Source: Cycas panzhihuaensis (taxonomy: Eukaryota; Plantae; Cycadophyta). From it: a DNA stretch of 64,000 bases. The position numbers were made by a program, and so were the translations under genes. This document shows, piece by piece, positions 1 through 11,000 of the stretch (the stretch's first letter is position 1; the number at the start of each line of letters is the position of its first letter). The stretch is taken from positions 204,049,741-204,113,740 of the forward strand of contig CM041465.1 in assembly GCA_023213395.1 (NCBI GenBank), given 5' to 3'. Under the pieces are notes generated by a model. The model was not told the DNA's origin. It did not search any database and worked only from the letters and a program-made list of their open reading frames with translations.

Positions 1-424
1 GGAGATGGCACACAGGACCAACATACTCTATCCCATTCATGAAAACCCCTTGTGGGTGCGAAAGGACTAGAGTAAGTCTCTGCTTTCTCTCATTCGTGAA
101 AACCCCTCGTGGACGCGAAAGGAGTTGGGTTGTACTTGTTTCGAAAATTAGAACCTATGAAAACCCGAAAGGGCATGGAGGATGACGAAGCAGATTGAAG
201 CTACACAACCAACTTGTACTACTTGGCTATCTGGCTACACTCAAAGAGCTGTCTGAGCCACTTCATAGAATAGGAAGTCAAGTCCGTGAATTTTTATTCC
301 CTTGAGAGTTTTCCCACAAAACTGTCTTGTAGGTTGTAAAATTTTTGTTCTCAATGTAATGATGAGGCTAAAATAAAGACCTCATAGATTAAAATAGGAT
401 AAAGGAAAATGACCTTCTGCCATT

Positions 425-773
425 AAAGGGGAGATTGTGACGATGTTAATGTCACATGGTCATTTCAAAAATTTAGAATTAGATAAAGTCACTTTTATGT
501 TTGTAACTTTAGGATAAGGTGACTATGCTTAAGTCACTTAAGTGAAATGACATAAAGTTCATTTCCTTGTAATATCATGTAATCTCATCTGAATGTCATT
601 GGAAGGGAAAATTCAAATTCCAAACTCTAATGAGCATTCTCATTATATAAGCTGAAATTACATGGAGAGTGATCATTCTACACTTCTCCTCTTTGAGCTC
701 AAGCTATTAGCATTTCTCTTGTTGAGTACATTGTGCTTGTCTCTACTATTTGCCATTGTGTAGTGTTAGTGCA
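425..773 (+). mobile_element. Polypurine tract and probable 3' LTR of a retroelement entering from the left edge
   Basis: AAAGGGGAGA at 425-434 followed by TGTGACG. TATA-like TTATATAA near 643. Right boundary uncertain; no partner LTR in the window. Confidence 0.35.
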
Positions 774-1880
774 CTAGATCCCTAGATCCATTCCCTCAAC
801 ACCTTTCACTATGGTGAAAGAGCAGGATTCATCACTGAAGGTACTCCAACTATCACAACCGTTCAATCTTCCAAAATGCATCACAAAATGTGGACTTGAG
901 GTGGTCAACATTGCCCAGTCCAGATTTGCAGCAATATACTTAGTTTTCCCAAAGAGTTCTTTTCTATAAACTGTGTTATGAAGTGCCTCATTTGTTAGGG
1001 AGTATTGTTTCTTTGCAGTATGATATGGCTGTCTCGATGTTGAGCTAGGTGAATGGAATGGAGGGAGTGTTATTAGATTTGATATAGATGCAAGACAGGA
1101 AGCATGCCAACTATTTGACAACAGATTCATGAGCACCACTTGATTCAGCGATTTTTTGCAGGGAAAAAGGATCCAGGATGAGTAATGCTTACAAGTGACA
1201 CTTACATAAGTGTCTATGCATTAGATTCCTATTAATTTGTGAAAGTAAAAGTGCAGATCCATATGACCATTTGAGCGCATCAAATTTAATGGAAGGATGA
1301 ATTAATGTCAACACCTTTGGATCATTATTCTACAAATTTCATATTGTTTGCATTCAAAGCTGAGAAATATGATTTGCATGAAACCTAATTCAGTTATTTT
1401 CTGTAGGTGACAGTGACAGACCAACCACAGTTTTCCTTGGTTGGGCAAAAGTTAACTCATTTCTCATATTTGGTTCAAGGATTGCTCCAAGCTGGAATTC
1501 TGTTTTCAGAATCAGTAGATGTGTTTTGGCCTTTAATCAATTGTAAAGAGGAGCTAATGTAGCCAACTCAATGGAGTTGTCATTAGCAATTGATGAACAC
1601 AATAGTCACATGATATTTCTTGAATGCAAGTTGCCAAAATGTTCAAATGATAAATTGTCACATTATGGTTGCTCGATGACATTTAGGTACAAAGTGCTAA
1701 GATGAAAAAGATATGGGCATCTAATAAAGCAATTCAAAATTCCCTTGGCCTAACAGCATCTTTGGGCACGCAAACAATTAGCTGTGCATGATTATAATCT
1801 CTAATAATTGGCTTCTGTTAGGTCAAACTAGCTATGATATGACTTAACCATAGGCTACTAGCTAGTAGGTTTGTTACAAT

Positions 1881-1892
1881 TGGTATAAGAGC
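1881..1892 (+). promoter_or_regulatory. Degenerate tRNA-iMet primer-binding site of an old LTR element
   Basis: TGGTATAAGAGC (one mismatch to TGGTATCAGAGC) just after ...GTTACA. Confidence 0.4.
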
Positions 1893-4800
1893 AAGGTTGG
1901 AAGCCTAGGAAAAATTCACTAATATGCTCTAGCTAGAGCCCATATACTAGCAGGAATCGTCAAAAACATCTACCAAATAAACCTGGAAAAAAAAATCTTG
2001 CAAGGTGGTGCTACAAAACTAGGAAAGATTGTTAGACCGTGTTGGTGTGTAGATGTATGATCAATTGAGATTTAAACTCTATTAAAAATCAATCATTCAC
2101 AACCAACAGTACATTGTGCTATAGAGTTATCCACCAAGATCTCCTTTTATTATTACTGAAACAAGTCCAGTCCATGTGACCACTCTCACCAATCACATTG
2201 GACTGTACTTCACAATGTACATAGAAAGTTTTGTCCACCTACGGGCAAAGTCCCATCTCTTTTCTCTATCTTTCTCTGTCTCTATTTAAGGGCATAAATG
2301 CTTCCTATTTTCAGTTATCACAGGCAGTTACGTAACCACCTTAGTTGTGTTAGATATGTCATATGCCAGTAAGGTCTAGGTGGCCTCGCAAATGATTAAG
2401 CTGAGTATACTCACTGACGAAGGTCTATCGACATAAGCTATCTACACTTCATGACTTTACATTAAATCGACACATCTCATGTCGACACCGATCATTCTTA
2501 TGTTGTCAACAAACCGATCAGACTTCTTATCGACAACCTGACTCAACTTCTTGTCAACCTATCAACAGACTGACATGCCATTACAATTATTTCTTGTTGA
2601 CAGATTGACAGAACTTTACATTACAAGAATGGTTTGATCTTACAAAAAACAGCCAAGGGGGCAATAGACCAATATTACCATAAGAAAATTGTGACACCAC
2701 AGAGGTTATGATCCAAGAAGGTTGGCTAGAAATTCTGTACTCAGTGTGCTGCTCCTAGCCACTCATCTCAATGAAGCTCCACTGCAAAAGCATTAGGATG
2801 AGAAGAAGGAAGATGGGCCTAGTGGACAACATTTGGTGCAATCTAAGAACTAGCATGCTGCATTTGGTAGAAGGATAGTAGTTGCTGCACTTTGGTATTC
2901 ATCAGGGCAGATATTTGATTCTCTTATTCAGCTCATCTTGGTTTTGTTGACTTACTCCATTCTTCACTAGTTGATGTCTATTAACACTGTAAAGTAGTTA
3001 TGCAATTATTTTCAGACTGCTACAAGGAAAAGATCAAAGCTACATATGGCAGAGACAGATGAGTTTGTGACAAGTAACAATGAAAACATTTTGATGGATG
3101 TATTAACCGTTTCAATGACATACATGAAAATAAAAACACTTTGCATGAATATCAGAAATGAAATCCGCATTGACATTGAGATCCACAATCAACATGTAGT
3201 TCCAAGGGATGTCTTGTTCAAGCTGTGAATTGGATCTTATTTCTGTGATTTTATTTCTGCAAGTTTGTCCTTCTACCCAGACCTGTGTTCATGTGCATAT
3301 ATATTGGAAACTACAGAGAGATGCCAATTGTGAATCAAATGAAGACCATCAAGTGGTCTGTTGAGTGGTTAAGGGATGTTAGAAGTCTTGTGCAGTAACA
3401 CTAAAAGTGTATGGAACTCAGGTTGGCCTATTTTCCAACGTAATAGTCCCTTTACACGAATTCCTTCTAAGAGAACCTAAGTTATTCATTCAAAGCAGAG
3501 TAATGGCTTTGGCTCTTGGAAAGCAAGAGAGTTAATGTATGGGGAAGACTCTGGATTGCAGATGGTTGTGACCTGCATTTTATGCAATTGCTTGTTCCTT
3601 GGTCTTGTTACAGATGCATGCATAATGTGAACTTTGGTGATCACATATTGGTTCTTGTGATATAGATAGAGTACAAGGAGCATCTCTGTTTACTGTCAAC
3701 AGTAATGCTTGTAACCTCTGAGTTTGTTTGAAGATCATGCATATCTTGAATTGCCCATGTACCATCATCTAGCTTTATGCTTGCTGATTGTTGAGGTTGA
3801 CCTGCATCATGCAGAACTGCTAAGATTTTGTAAGTTGTCGCTCTCTGACAATGTGGATTTCTCCCATGCAACTGTGCTTGCATGTTGATTAGGATCTCTC
3901 TTCCTCTCTGGTCTATCTTCTGCTGCCATCAGGGTGAGTCTTTCATGAGTAATTGCGGGGGACTCCAACCAAGGTTTTGTGTAATCATGTCATCTACAGT
4001 CTCTGTAGCGATTACTGTGTCTTCTTTTCATCGGAGAACAATAGAATCATCTCCAACATGTTCCTTCATGCATTGGTCAGCTAGAGCTTTGTCACTTCCT
4101 GGCATCTTAGACTGTAGTCTGATCATCTTGAAATGCCAAGACTGCGTTTGTGCTTGCAAGATTTTTCCTTGCAACAACAGGTATATCCTGTGATTCTTTT
4201 TCCAGCTTTCTGCTGCTTGCCTTTATCATAGAGTCTAATATATGTGGCAGAGTATTTATGATTGGTCCGTGATGACATATTGAGATTCCTCTACAGTTGC
4301 AATATTTTTGAGCACACTGTCAGTTTGACTTGATTTTTGGAGTTTTAGCCAATGTTGTTGCATCCTGTTGAACTATTTCACCTACATTCACTGCATGCCT
4401 CGTCTCATACATAGCTTCAGCTGGTCTCTGCATCTCTGTTTCAAAATTTTCACAAGTTGCAGCAATCTTTGTTCCAGGTGTGGTTGCATGGCCATGAAAC
4501 TCAGTGACACCTTCCTTCCAGGGTTTTCTGGTACTGTCACATCAGTTTCTAGTTCTTGTGTTGCAGAAGCAAACTTAGTCTTTTGTAAAACATCTAGTAT
4601 GTCTCTTTTTAACAGCACTGGAATGAGGCAAGCAAAGACTGGGCACTAATAGTCAAGATTATGTTAAACTCCATGAGTTGATTCCATTATTCTTCGAAAA
4701 GCAATTTCACGTGAATTGCTGAGTTGGTGCTTGATAAAGTCCAGCAACAATCATTTGGAGAAGATTAAATCAGGAAGAAAGGGAGCTCCTTGGGGATAAG

Positions 4801-5090
4801 CTTGTAAGATCTATTGACTCAATACACACATTGCTCCGGTAATATGGGAATCCGTTTTCTTTTAAAGACCATAAAATTGGTTGATTGTTAAGAGTTTTGT
4901 TACCATGATTTATAAAAGTCTTACCATGCTCTTTGTGGTGTTATTGGTATTGTTTTTTGTTGTATGCAACTTTACATGAACATTTCGAAAGCAGATGCCA
5001 GGATCAAGTCTGGATGTCACTTCCTCCAGCAGTTTGTGAATCAAACTCCAGCCATTGGGACATATGCTTGACTTCATTATTTATTCTTTA

Positions 5091-5219
5091 GTATCTAAGG
5101 CATTAAGTAAAGCATCAATGAAAATAGGGCAGCATTTGCAGCAACAATCTGGTGGGTCATCTTCTGATCCTGGGTCACAAGCGGGATAGCAAGCTCATGA
5201 GGCTGAATATAGAAAAAAA
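5091..5219 (+). pseudogene. Fragment resembling the C-terminus of mitochondrial Hsp70
   Basis: Translates VSKALSKASMKIGQHLQQQSGGSSSDPGSQAG*QAHEAEYRKK. This resembles the plant mtHsp70 tail (KAVSKIGQH...GGS...QAPEAEYEEVKK, recalled). Internal TAG; rest of the gene absent. Confidence 0.6.
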
Positions 5220-5334
5220 ATTTAGTAGAAAATACCTTCCCCCATTTAATTTAGTAGAAAATATGATAGTAGAAAAAAAATTGCATAGGAGAGTAGAAAA
5301 AAATTGCATAGGAGAAAAGGTAGTTAAATTTTAA

Positions 5335-5702
5335 GACTTTGGAGTTATTGTTGTCCCGGAGCTAACTTATAAGCATTTAACTGATAGAGATCAGTTTGTT
5401 GTGCTTGCAACAGATGGGGTAAATGTTTGTGAGTTTGTGTGCTTTTCTTTGTGAAAGTTCAGTTGCCACATGCCATCATTTTACACAATTTGTTGCTACC
5501 AAGTGGGTTTAGTATAGTTGTTTGGCTGTCAAAAGCTGCTCATCATTTCAAAAAAAAAAACTGTTAGCAAAAGGGCAATGGTTGGTTCAGGTGTGGGATG
5601 TTTTTTACAAATCAAGAAGTTGCGCACATTGTTTCTTCTGCACCTACTCGAGTTATTGCAACAAAAGTAGTTGCTGAGTCAGCGGTTTGTGCATGATGGC
5701 GG
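5335..5702 (+). pseudogene. Protein phosphatase 2C pseudogene fragment (two exon pieces plus intron 5419-5590)
   Basis: DFGVIVVPELTYKHLTDRDQFVVLATDG | GT..CAG | VWDVF(+1 frameshift)TNQEVAHIVSSAPTRVIATKVVAESAVCA*WR. The PP2C ATDG-VWD motif is split by a canonical intron; frameshift and TGA present. Confidence 0.9.
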
Positions 5703-6380
5703 GGCCCTGTTCTAACATAAGAAACACTAGTACACCAAATATTGTTGCAGTTGTAAACTCAACATGCTTGTAAGTTTTCATATTGAAGTACAGGCATTTG
5801 AAAGATAAAATTGCCTTTCTGTTTGGAAGGTGAAATTGCCTCTGTAGTTTGTACTATTTTCAATACCTCAACTGGATCTCAGCAATCTCGCTGAAATTGC
5901 ATTGGTAATGTTTAATTTTGGATTGGTTTAAAATATACATCACAACTTTTTGGATTGACTTTTGCCATTACCAACATTGGACAACTTACTGGAGGTAAAA
6001 ATTGTTGAAGATATGTTGCCCTTACTCCCTTAAAAAGCTGTGTTGTGTTACAGGGTAGAACTGCAGACTCTATTTTGCTGAGTTATTCTAAGACATGTTG
6101 GACAATTGTATATGCTTGATTAGTTGATGATTCTACTGAAGTGAAGAAGTGAGCTCTGCATACAGATATCAGTTTAACTCGCAAAGCAGGAAGTGGGATA
6201 TTCCCCGAATCAAGATCATGAAGTAGAGTCATTGGGCATACAAACCTGCACCTAGAGTGATCTCTTGGGATTTATCTCCATCCCAAGCAAGGGCAGATTT
6301 GGTAAAGGCATGAACTTGTATCTTTATTGTTGTTTCAATCTCTTAGGATTGTTTTGAAGGTATTAAATTTCAGTTTGAGG

Positions 6381-6640
6381 AGGAGTTGACTGTGTCATCC
6401 ATTAGTTATTGTGCAAAAGGATCAACTATGTGTCACTCATTGGTTATTACTTGTGCAAAAGAGTTGACTATGTGTCATCCATTGGTTATTATGTGTGCAA
6501 GAGCGTTCACTGTGTATTTCCCATAATCTAGAGGGTTCATTGTGTGCCCCCCATTGGTTATTGTATGCACAAAAGGGTTAACTATGCATTTCCCATTGGT
6601 TATGTGCAATAGAAGGTTGACTATGTGTCTCCCTGATTAT
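6381..6640. repeat. Degenerate ~40-43 bp tandem repeat (~6-7 units), probably in the LTR/leader of the old host Gypsy
   Basis: Recurring GAGTTGACTATGTGTCATCCATTGGTTATT...GTGCAAAAG-like units. Confidence 0.7.
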
Positions 6641-7373
6641 GTTTGTATGAGTAATGTTTGTAGTGTGGTTGACTACCTCATGCTTGGTTAGACTTTGTGT
6701 GGTATAAAACACACATCCTCATAAAGATGAGGGACACTTCAAACTAGTTGAAGATCCAAGAAGAGCATACACCCAATTTCTTAGGTCTCAAGGTGTAGAG
6801 GGGAAATTTTTACATTCCCCTCAAGAAAGGAGGAGATAAATCCAAGAAATTCAAGAGAGACAAGCAGTTCATAATTTTTGAGTTTTTCAAGATATTTAAG
6901 AACTTCAGAGATCACAAGAGTTTGAAGAAATTCAAGGAGGAATCAAAGAATTTGCTCTTAGATCACTATTTAACCAAACTAGTAAAACAAAGATTACTCT
7001 TGAAGAAAATTCTAGAATGGTTGGAGAGCGAGGAAATGATGGGAGAGGTGCTCAAAATAGAACCCCGTGGATGACCAGTAATCCTTTGTATTTACAAAGG
7101 TATTTAGATGAAGTAGTAAACGGAGCATAGGATGCTTGTTCCAAGTTTAAGGGAGATGGAACCCAAACAGGAGAAAAACTCTTAAAAGGATTTTCTATCC
7201 TGTGTATGTTGGAAAATCAAAGTTAAAGTAGCAAGAAAATGAGAACAAGACAATATTACAATTGCACAATGATATATAAGAAATAATTTTGCATTAGATC
7301 ATTGTGTGCGCCTCAATCATACTCGTAACATACAAAAATGCAAAGAGAAAGACACACACGTTGGGGGTAAAAT

Positions 7374-7941
7374 TGTGTGTAGGGAAAAGTAGTTGATTTT
7401 GCTGCTACAACTACTACAAGGCTGCTACGCTGATCGCGGCGATCGCTACGCAAGCTGCTACAGTGCGACAATCGCTACGCAAGGTGCGGTGATCGCTACG
7501 CTGTGACTGCACGATCGTTATGCAATCGCGCGCAGCAAGCGATCGCTACACGCATGCGTGATCGCTACGCAATCGCAGAATCGCTACGAATCGCTACGTA
7601 ATCGCTGCTATTCGTAAAGAAATGGGTCTCGGGAAGCGCGCACCCATGAGCTTACAAGAAATAGCTTATTTTTAGGAAACAGTTATGTAACGTCCATAAT
7701 TTGTATATAAAAGTGGGAACCGCAATGTGCGGAACATGATTCAGTTTGCATATGTGCAATTGTAATAGTGCTGCGCCACGTGTGAGGGCGACCATTACAT
7801 CTTGTTGGCAAAGGCCCGTTGTGAGAGGACCAGACGCAGTGCCATGTTTTGAATGAAAGCAATTCCGAATGATTTTACCCCCAACGTGTGTGTCTTTCTC
7901 TTTGCATTCTGTATGTTACAAGTATGATTGAGCCGCACACA
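7374..7941 (+). repeat. 5' LTR of element A
   Basis: TGTGTGTAGGG...GCACACA; TATATAAAA near 7705; matches 16717-17265 outside a CG-rich variable segment. Confidence 0.95.
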
Positions 7942-7944
7942 TAT

Positions 7945-7960
7945 TGGTTCTGTTGCCGGA
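7945..7960 (+). promoter_or_regulatory. Primer-binding site of element A, tRNA-Glu type
   Basis: TGGTTCTGTTGCCGGA, 3 nt after the LTR. The B copy TGGTTCCGTTGCCGGG complements the plant tRNA-Glu 3' end ...CCCGGCAACGGAACCA (recalled). Confidence 0.8.
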
Positions 7961-8003
7961 TTTCCTAACGGAAAAGGATGAAAAATTAAAAACCAGACCG
8001 CTC

Positions 8004-11000
8004 ATGCCACCTAGGGTTAACTCGTTGAAGAAGACAGAGATGCGGGACGAAAGAAGCTGACGCTGGGACGCGGAGAAGAGCCAGGAAAGCGCGCGAAGAC
8101 CTAAGGAGCCAATAGAGAAAAAACCGGTAAAAAAGCGAAGTTGGAAGGGGCGGCAGGAGGAAAGCCAGACCCTAGTAGCACCGGTAGAATGCAATAAGGA
8201 CGAAGAGCCCCAGGAAGACACGAGTCGGCCAAAGGAAGAAAAAAGCGCCAAAATTTCTGACGGAAAAGAAGAGCCAAATCAAGCGGAAGATAAAGACGCG
8301 GAAGAGAGAGACCTGCAAAATCTTCAAGATAATCAGGTACGGGAGAATTTGGACATATTTCAAAGTTTAAAGCAAAAGCAAGTAGTTGAGTTAGGACAGT
8401 AAACCCAGTCAGGGTTGCGCCAGGTAGAAGCAGAGAAATTGCTGGAAAACCAGCAAGAGGAGGGGCGGCAAACCCAACCAGGGTTGCGCCAAGTAGAAAC
8501 AGGAAATTCGCTAATAAATCAGCGTATAGAAGGGCAGCAAACCTAGTCAGGGTTGCGCCAGGTAGAAGCAGAGAAATTGCTGGAAAACCAGCAAGAGGAG
8601 GGGCGGCAAACCCAGCCAAGGTTGCGCCAAGTAGAAACAGGAAATTCGCTGAGAAATCAGCACATAGAAGGGCAGCAAACCCAGTCAGGGTTGCGCCAAA
8701 TAGAAGCAGAGAAATTGCTAGAAAACCAGCAAGAGGAGAGGCGGCAAACCCAGCAAAGGGAGCGCCAAGAAAAGACTGGAAATTGGCTGGAAACACAGCA
8801 AGAGGAAGGCGGGCAAACCCATAAAGGGTTGCGGCCAGAAGAAGTTGAAAATTCGCCGAAAACTCAGCAAATAGTAGACTGGCAAACCCAGGAAGGGTTG
8901 CACCTGAATGAAGACACAGATAGGCGGAATGATCAACAAAAGAACTATGTAGAATTATTGTTTAAATTTGAAAATTCACAAAAAACATTCAGTAATGAAG
9001 AATTGCCCAGGCATAATGAAACAGTGCAGGAGGACTTGAATCCCAAGAGAAATCAGGAACTGACAAACAAGTAAGAAGGAAGTTTGCAGACTGAGACTAG
9101 GGAAGAAATTTTGTTAAAATTAGAAGTATACAAAGACCTGCCATGACAAGGTGGGACTGTTATATTCTGCAGGTAAAAGAAGATCACTCTCATGTATTGA
9201 ACCCATTGTATAGAATGACTCGTATGTTCACAGGGTCATCATTCATTGAAGAAAGCCCAGAAAGTGCAACATTGAAGCAAGGGGGAAGCGAGGATGAACT
9301 GAACATAATTGAACCAGCGAGACCAGGATCTTCAGGTCCAAGAACAATGTCACAAGGAAGTGGAGGAAGTTAAACAATCTCTCCATATGTAGTGGTGCAA
9401 AACGATGCTATGTTTGGACATCTTCAGTTTGATGGTTCTGGAGACCCCGGAGATCATCTGGCTTTGTTCTCCAACATGTTAAAAATCAAGAAAATTAAAA
9501 ATCCAGAAGAAATTAAAGCTAGATTTTTTTCCACATTGTGGGGAACAACAATCGCGTGGTACCAATATGTTGCAAGAACAAATCCCAGTTGGGAAGCAGT
9601 TCAAACGAAATTTCTGGACAGATTTCAAAGGTTAAGAGATCCAATGGCGGTATTTCAGGCCCTGGAAGAAATCAGACAAATTCCAGGTGAATCAGTCAAT
9701 GACTTTGATGGTAGATTAAGAATTATATTAAATAAAATGGATCCTCTTGTTCCAATTAATCCTATGCTGTCACTCAAGTATTTTGTACAAGGTCTATTAC
9801 CTCATTTACAGGAAAAAATCATGTTTCATCCTTTAAATAATTATGAACAAGTTAAAGAACTGGCGTTGCGATTCGAAAACCAGACGAGGACAGCATATAG
9901 TGGAATCCAGAATTCAGGACAAACGTCCTTATGGACCACAAACCCAGAAATTGAAAAGCTAAAAGAAGAACTGGAAATGCTGAAATAGCAGTCCTTTGTG
10001 ATGCCTACTGAAAATCAGTAGAATGACGAGATCAAAAAGTTAAGGAATGAAATAGCAAAATTAAAAGTGGGAAAAGCACGAGAGAACGTATGGTGCCCAC
10101 CCCCTTGCGGACAACAGGGTCATTTTAGAAATGAACATCAGCAAAGAGAGAAGAAATGGTGTGAAATCTGTAGGAGGGAAAACCATAACATATGGGAATG
10201 TTATTACAGAAATCCACCAAGAGAATCCTTTTACCAGAAGAAGGAAAATTCTTCCTTTAAGCAATACAAAGGGAAGACAAAACCAAGTCCACGCCATCCG
10301 TGCTCAAGATGGGGACATTTCGTGACGATTGTCCATTAGAGAAACAAGGAAAAATTATATCATGAGGAATGCATTGAGACCATGAGTGGGCAAACAGTCC
10401 AAAGAATCCTGGTCTTAAAATACAAACTTCAAATCTGGCTACAAAAATTCCAGATAAGGAAAAGCCAGTATATGTGCAGACGAGAAGCGGAAAAGCCACA
10501 AACCCAACAGACACTGCAAATTTTCCAGATCCAGCAGTGGAAAAGAAAAGACTGTAGGAAGTTGTTGAGGCAATACAAGAGGCGACAAGGACAGTACAAT
10601 TGGATGAAATGGAACAAACAAATCGATTTAAAGGAAAAGTATACCAGAGAAGATCATTGGCACATGAGGAGCAAAATCCTTGGCAAAAATTGCAAATTGT
10701 AAAGAAGTTGCTAATAGAATCAAGTATATCTATTCCTATATCTGTAATTTTTAAATGGTGGGAAGTTGGTTATTTTCTGCATCATATGGAAAAACCAGTG
10801 TTAAGAACAATGAAGATGGATGCGATTGACCCACGAGTTACAATGGTGTTGTTGGGAACTTTGATTTGCAAAACAGTGGTGGATGGAGGATCAGGAGTAA
10901 ATGTACTCCCTGAATCCTCTTGGATTTCTTTGGGACGGCCAAAACTGGTTTCCCCGGACTATACAATTCGGTTAGCTAACCAATTGCAGGTTCGACCCAT

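Noticed and set aside
2030-2625. Solo LTR
   Set aside because: LTR-like composition and TG/CA candidates, but no matching TSD or partner LTR could be established.
3046-4649. Short ORFs as host genes
   Set aside because: No recognisable motifs, frequent stops in all frames and no consistent exon structure; left unannotated.
6381-8905. Tandem repeats as CRISPR-like arrays
   Set aside because: Units are contiguous and degenerate with no unique spacers; eukaryotic retroelement context; no cas genes.
10540-10620. Programmed gag-pol frameshift in A/B
   Set aside because: A reads in one frame from the post-knuckle region into the protease leader (one CAG>TAG stop). The shift in B is a copy-specific indel.
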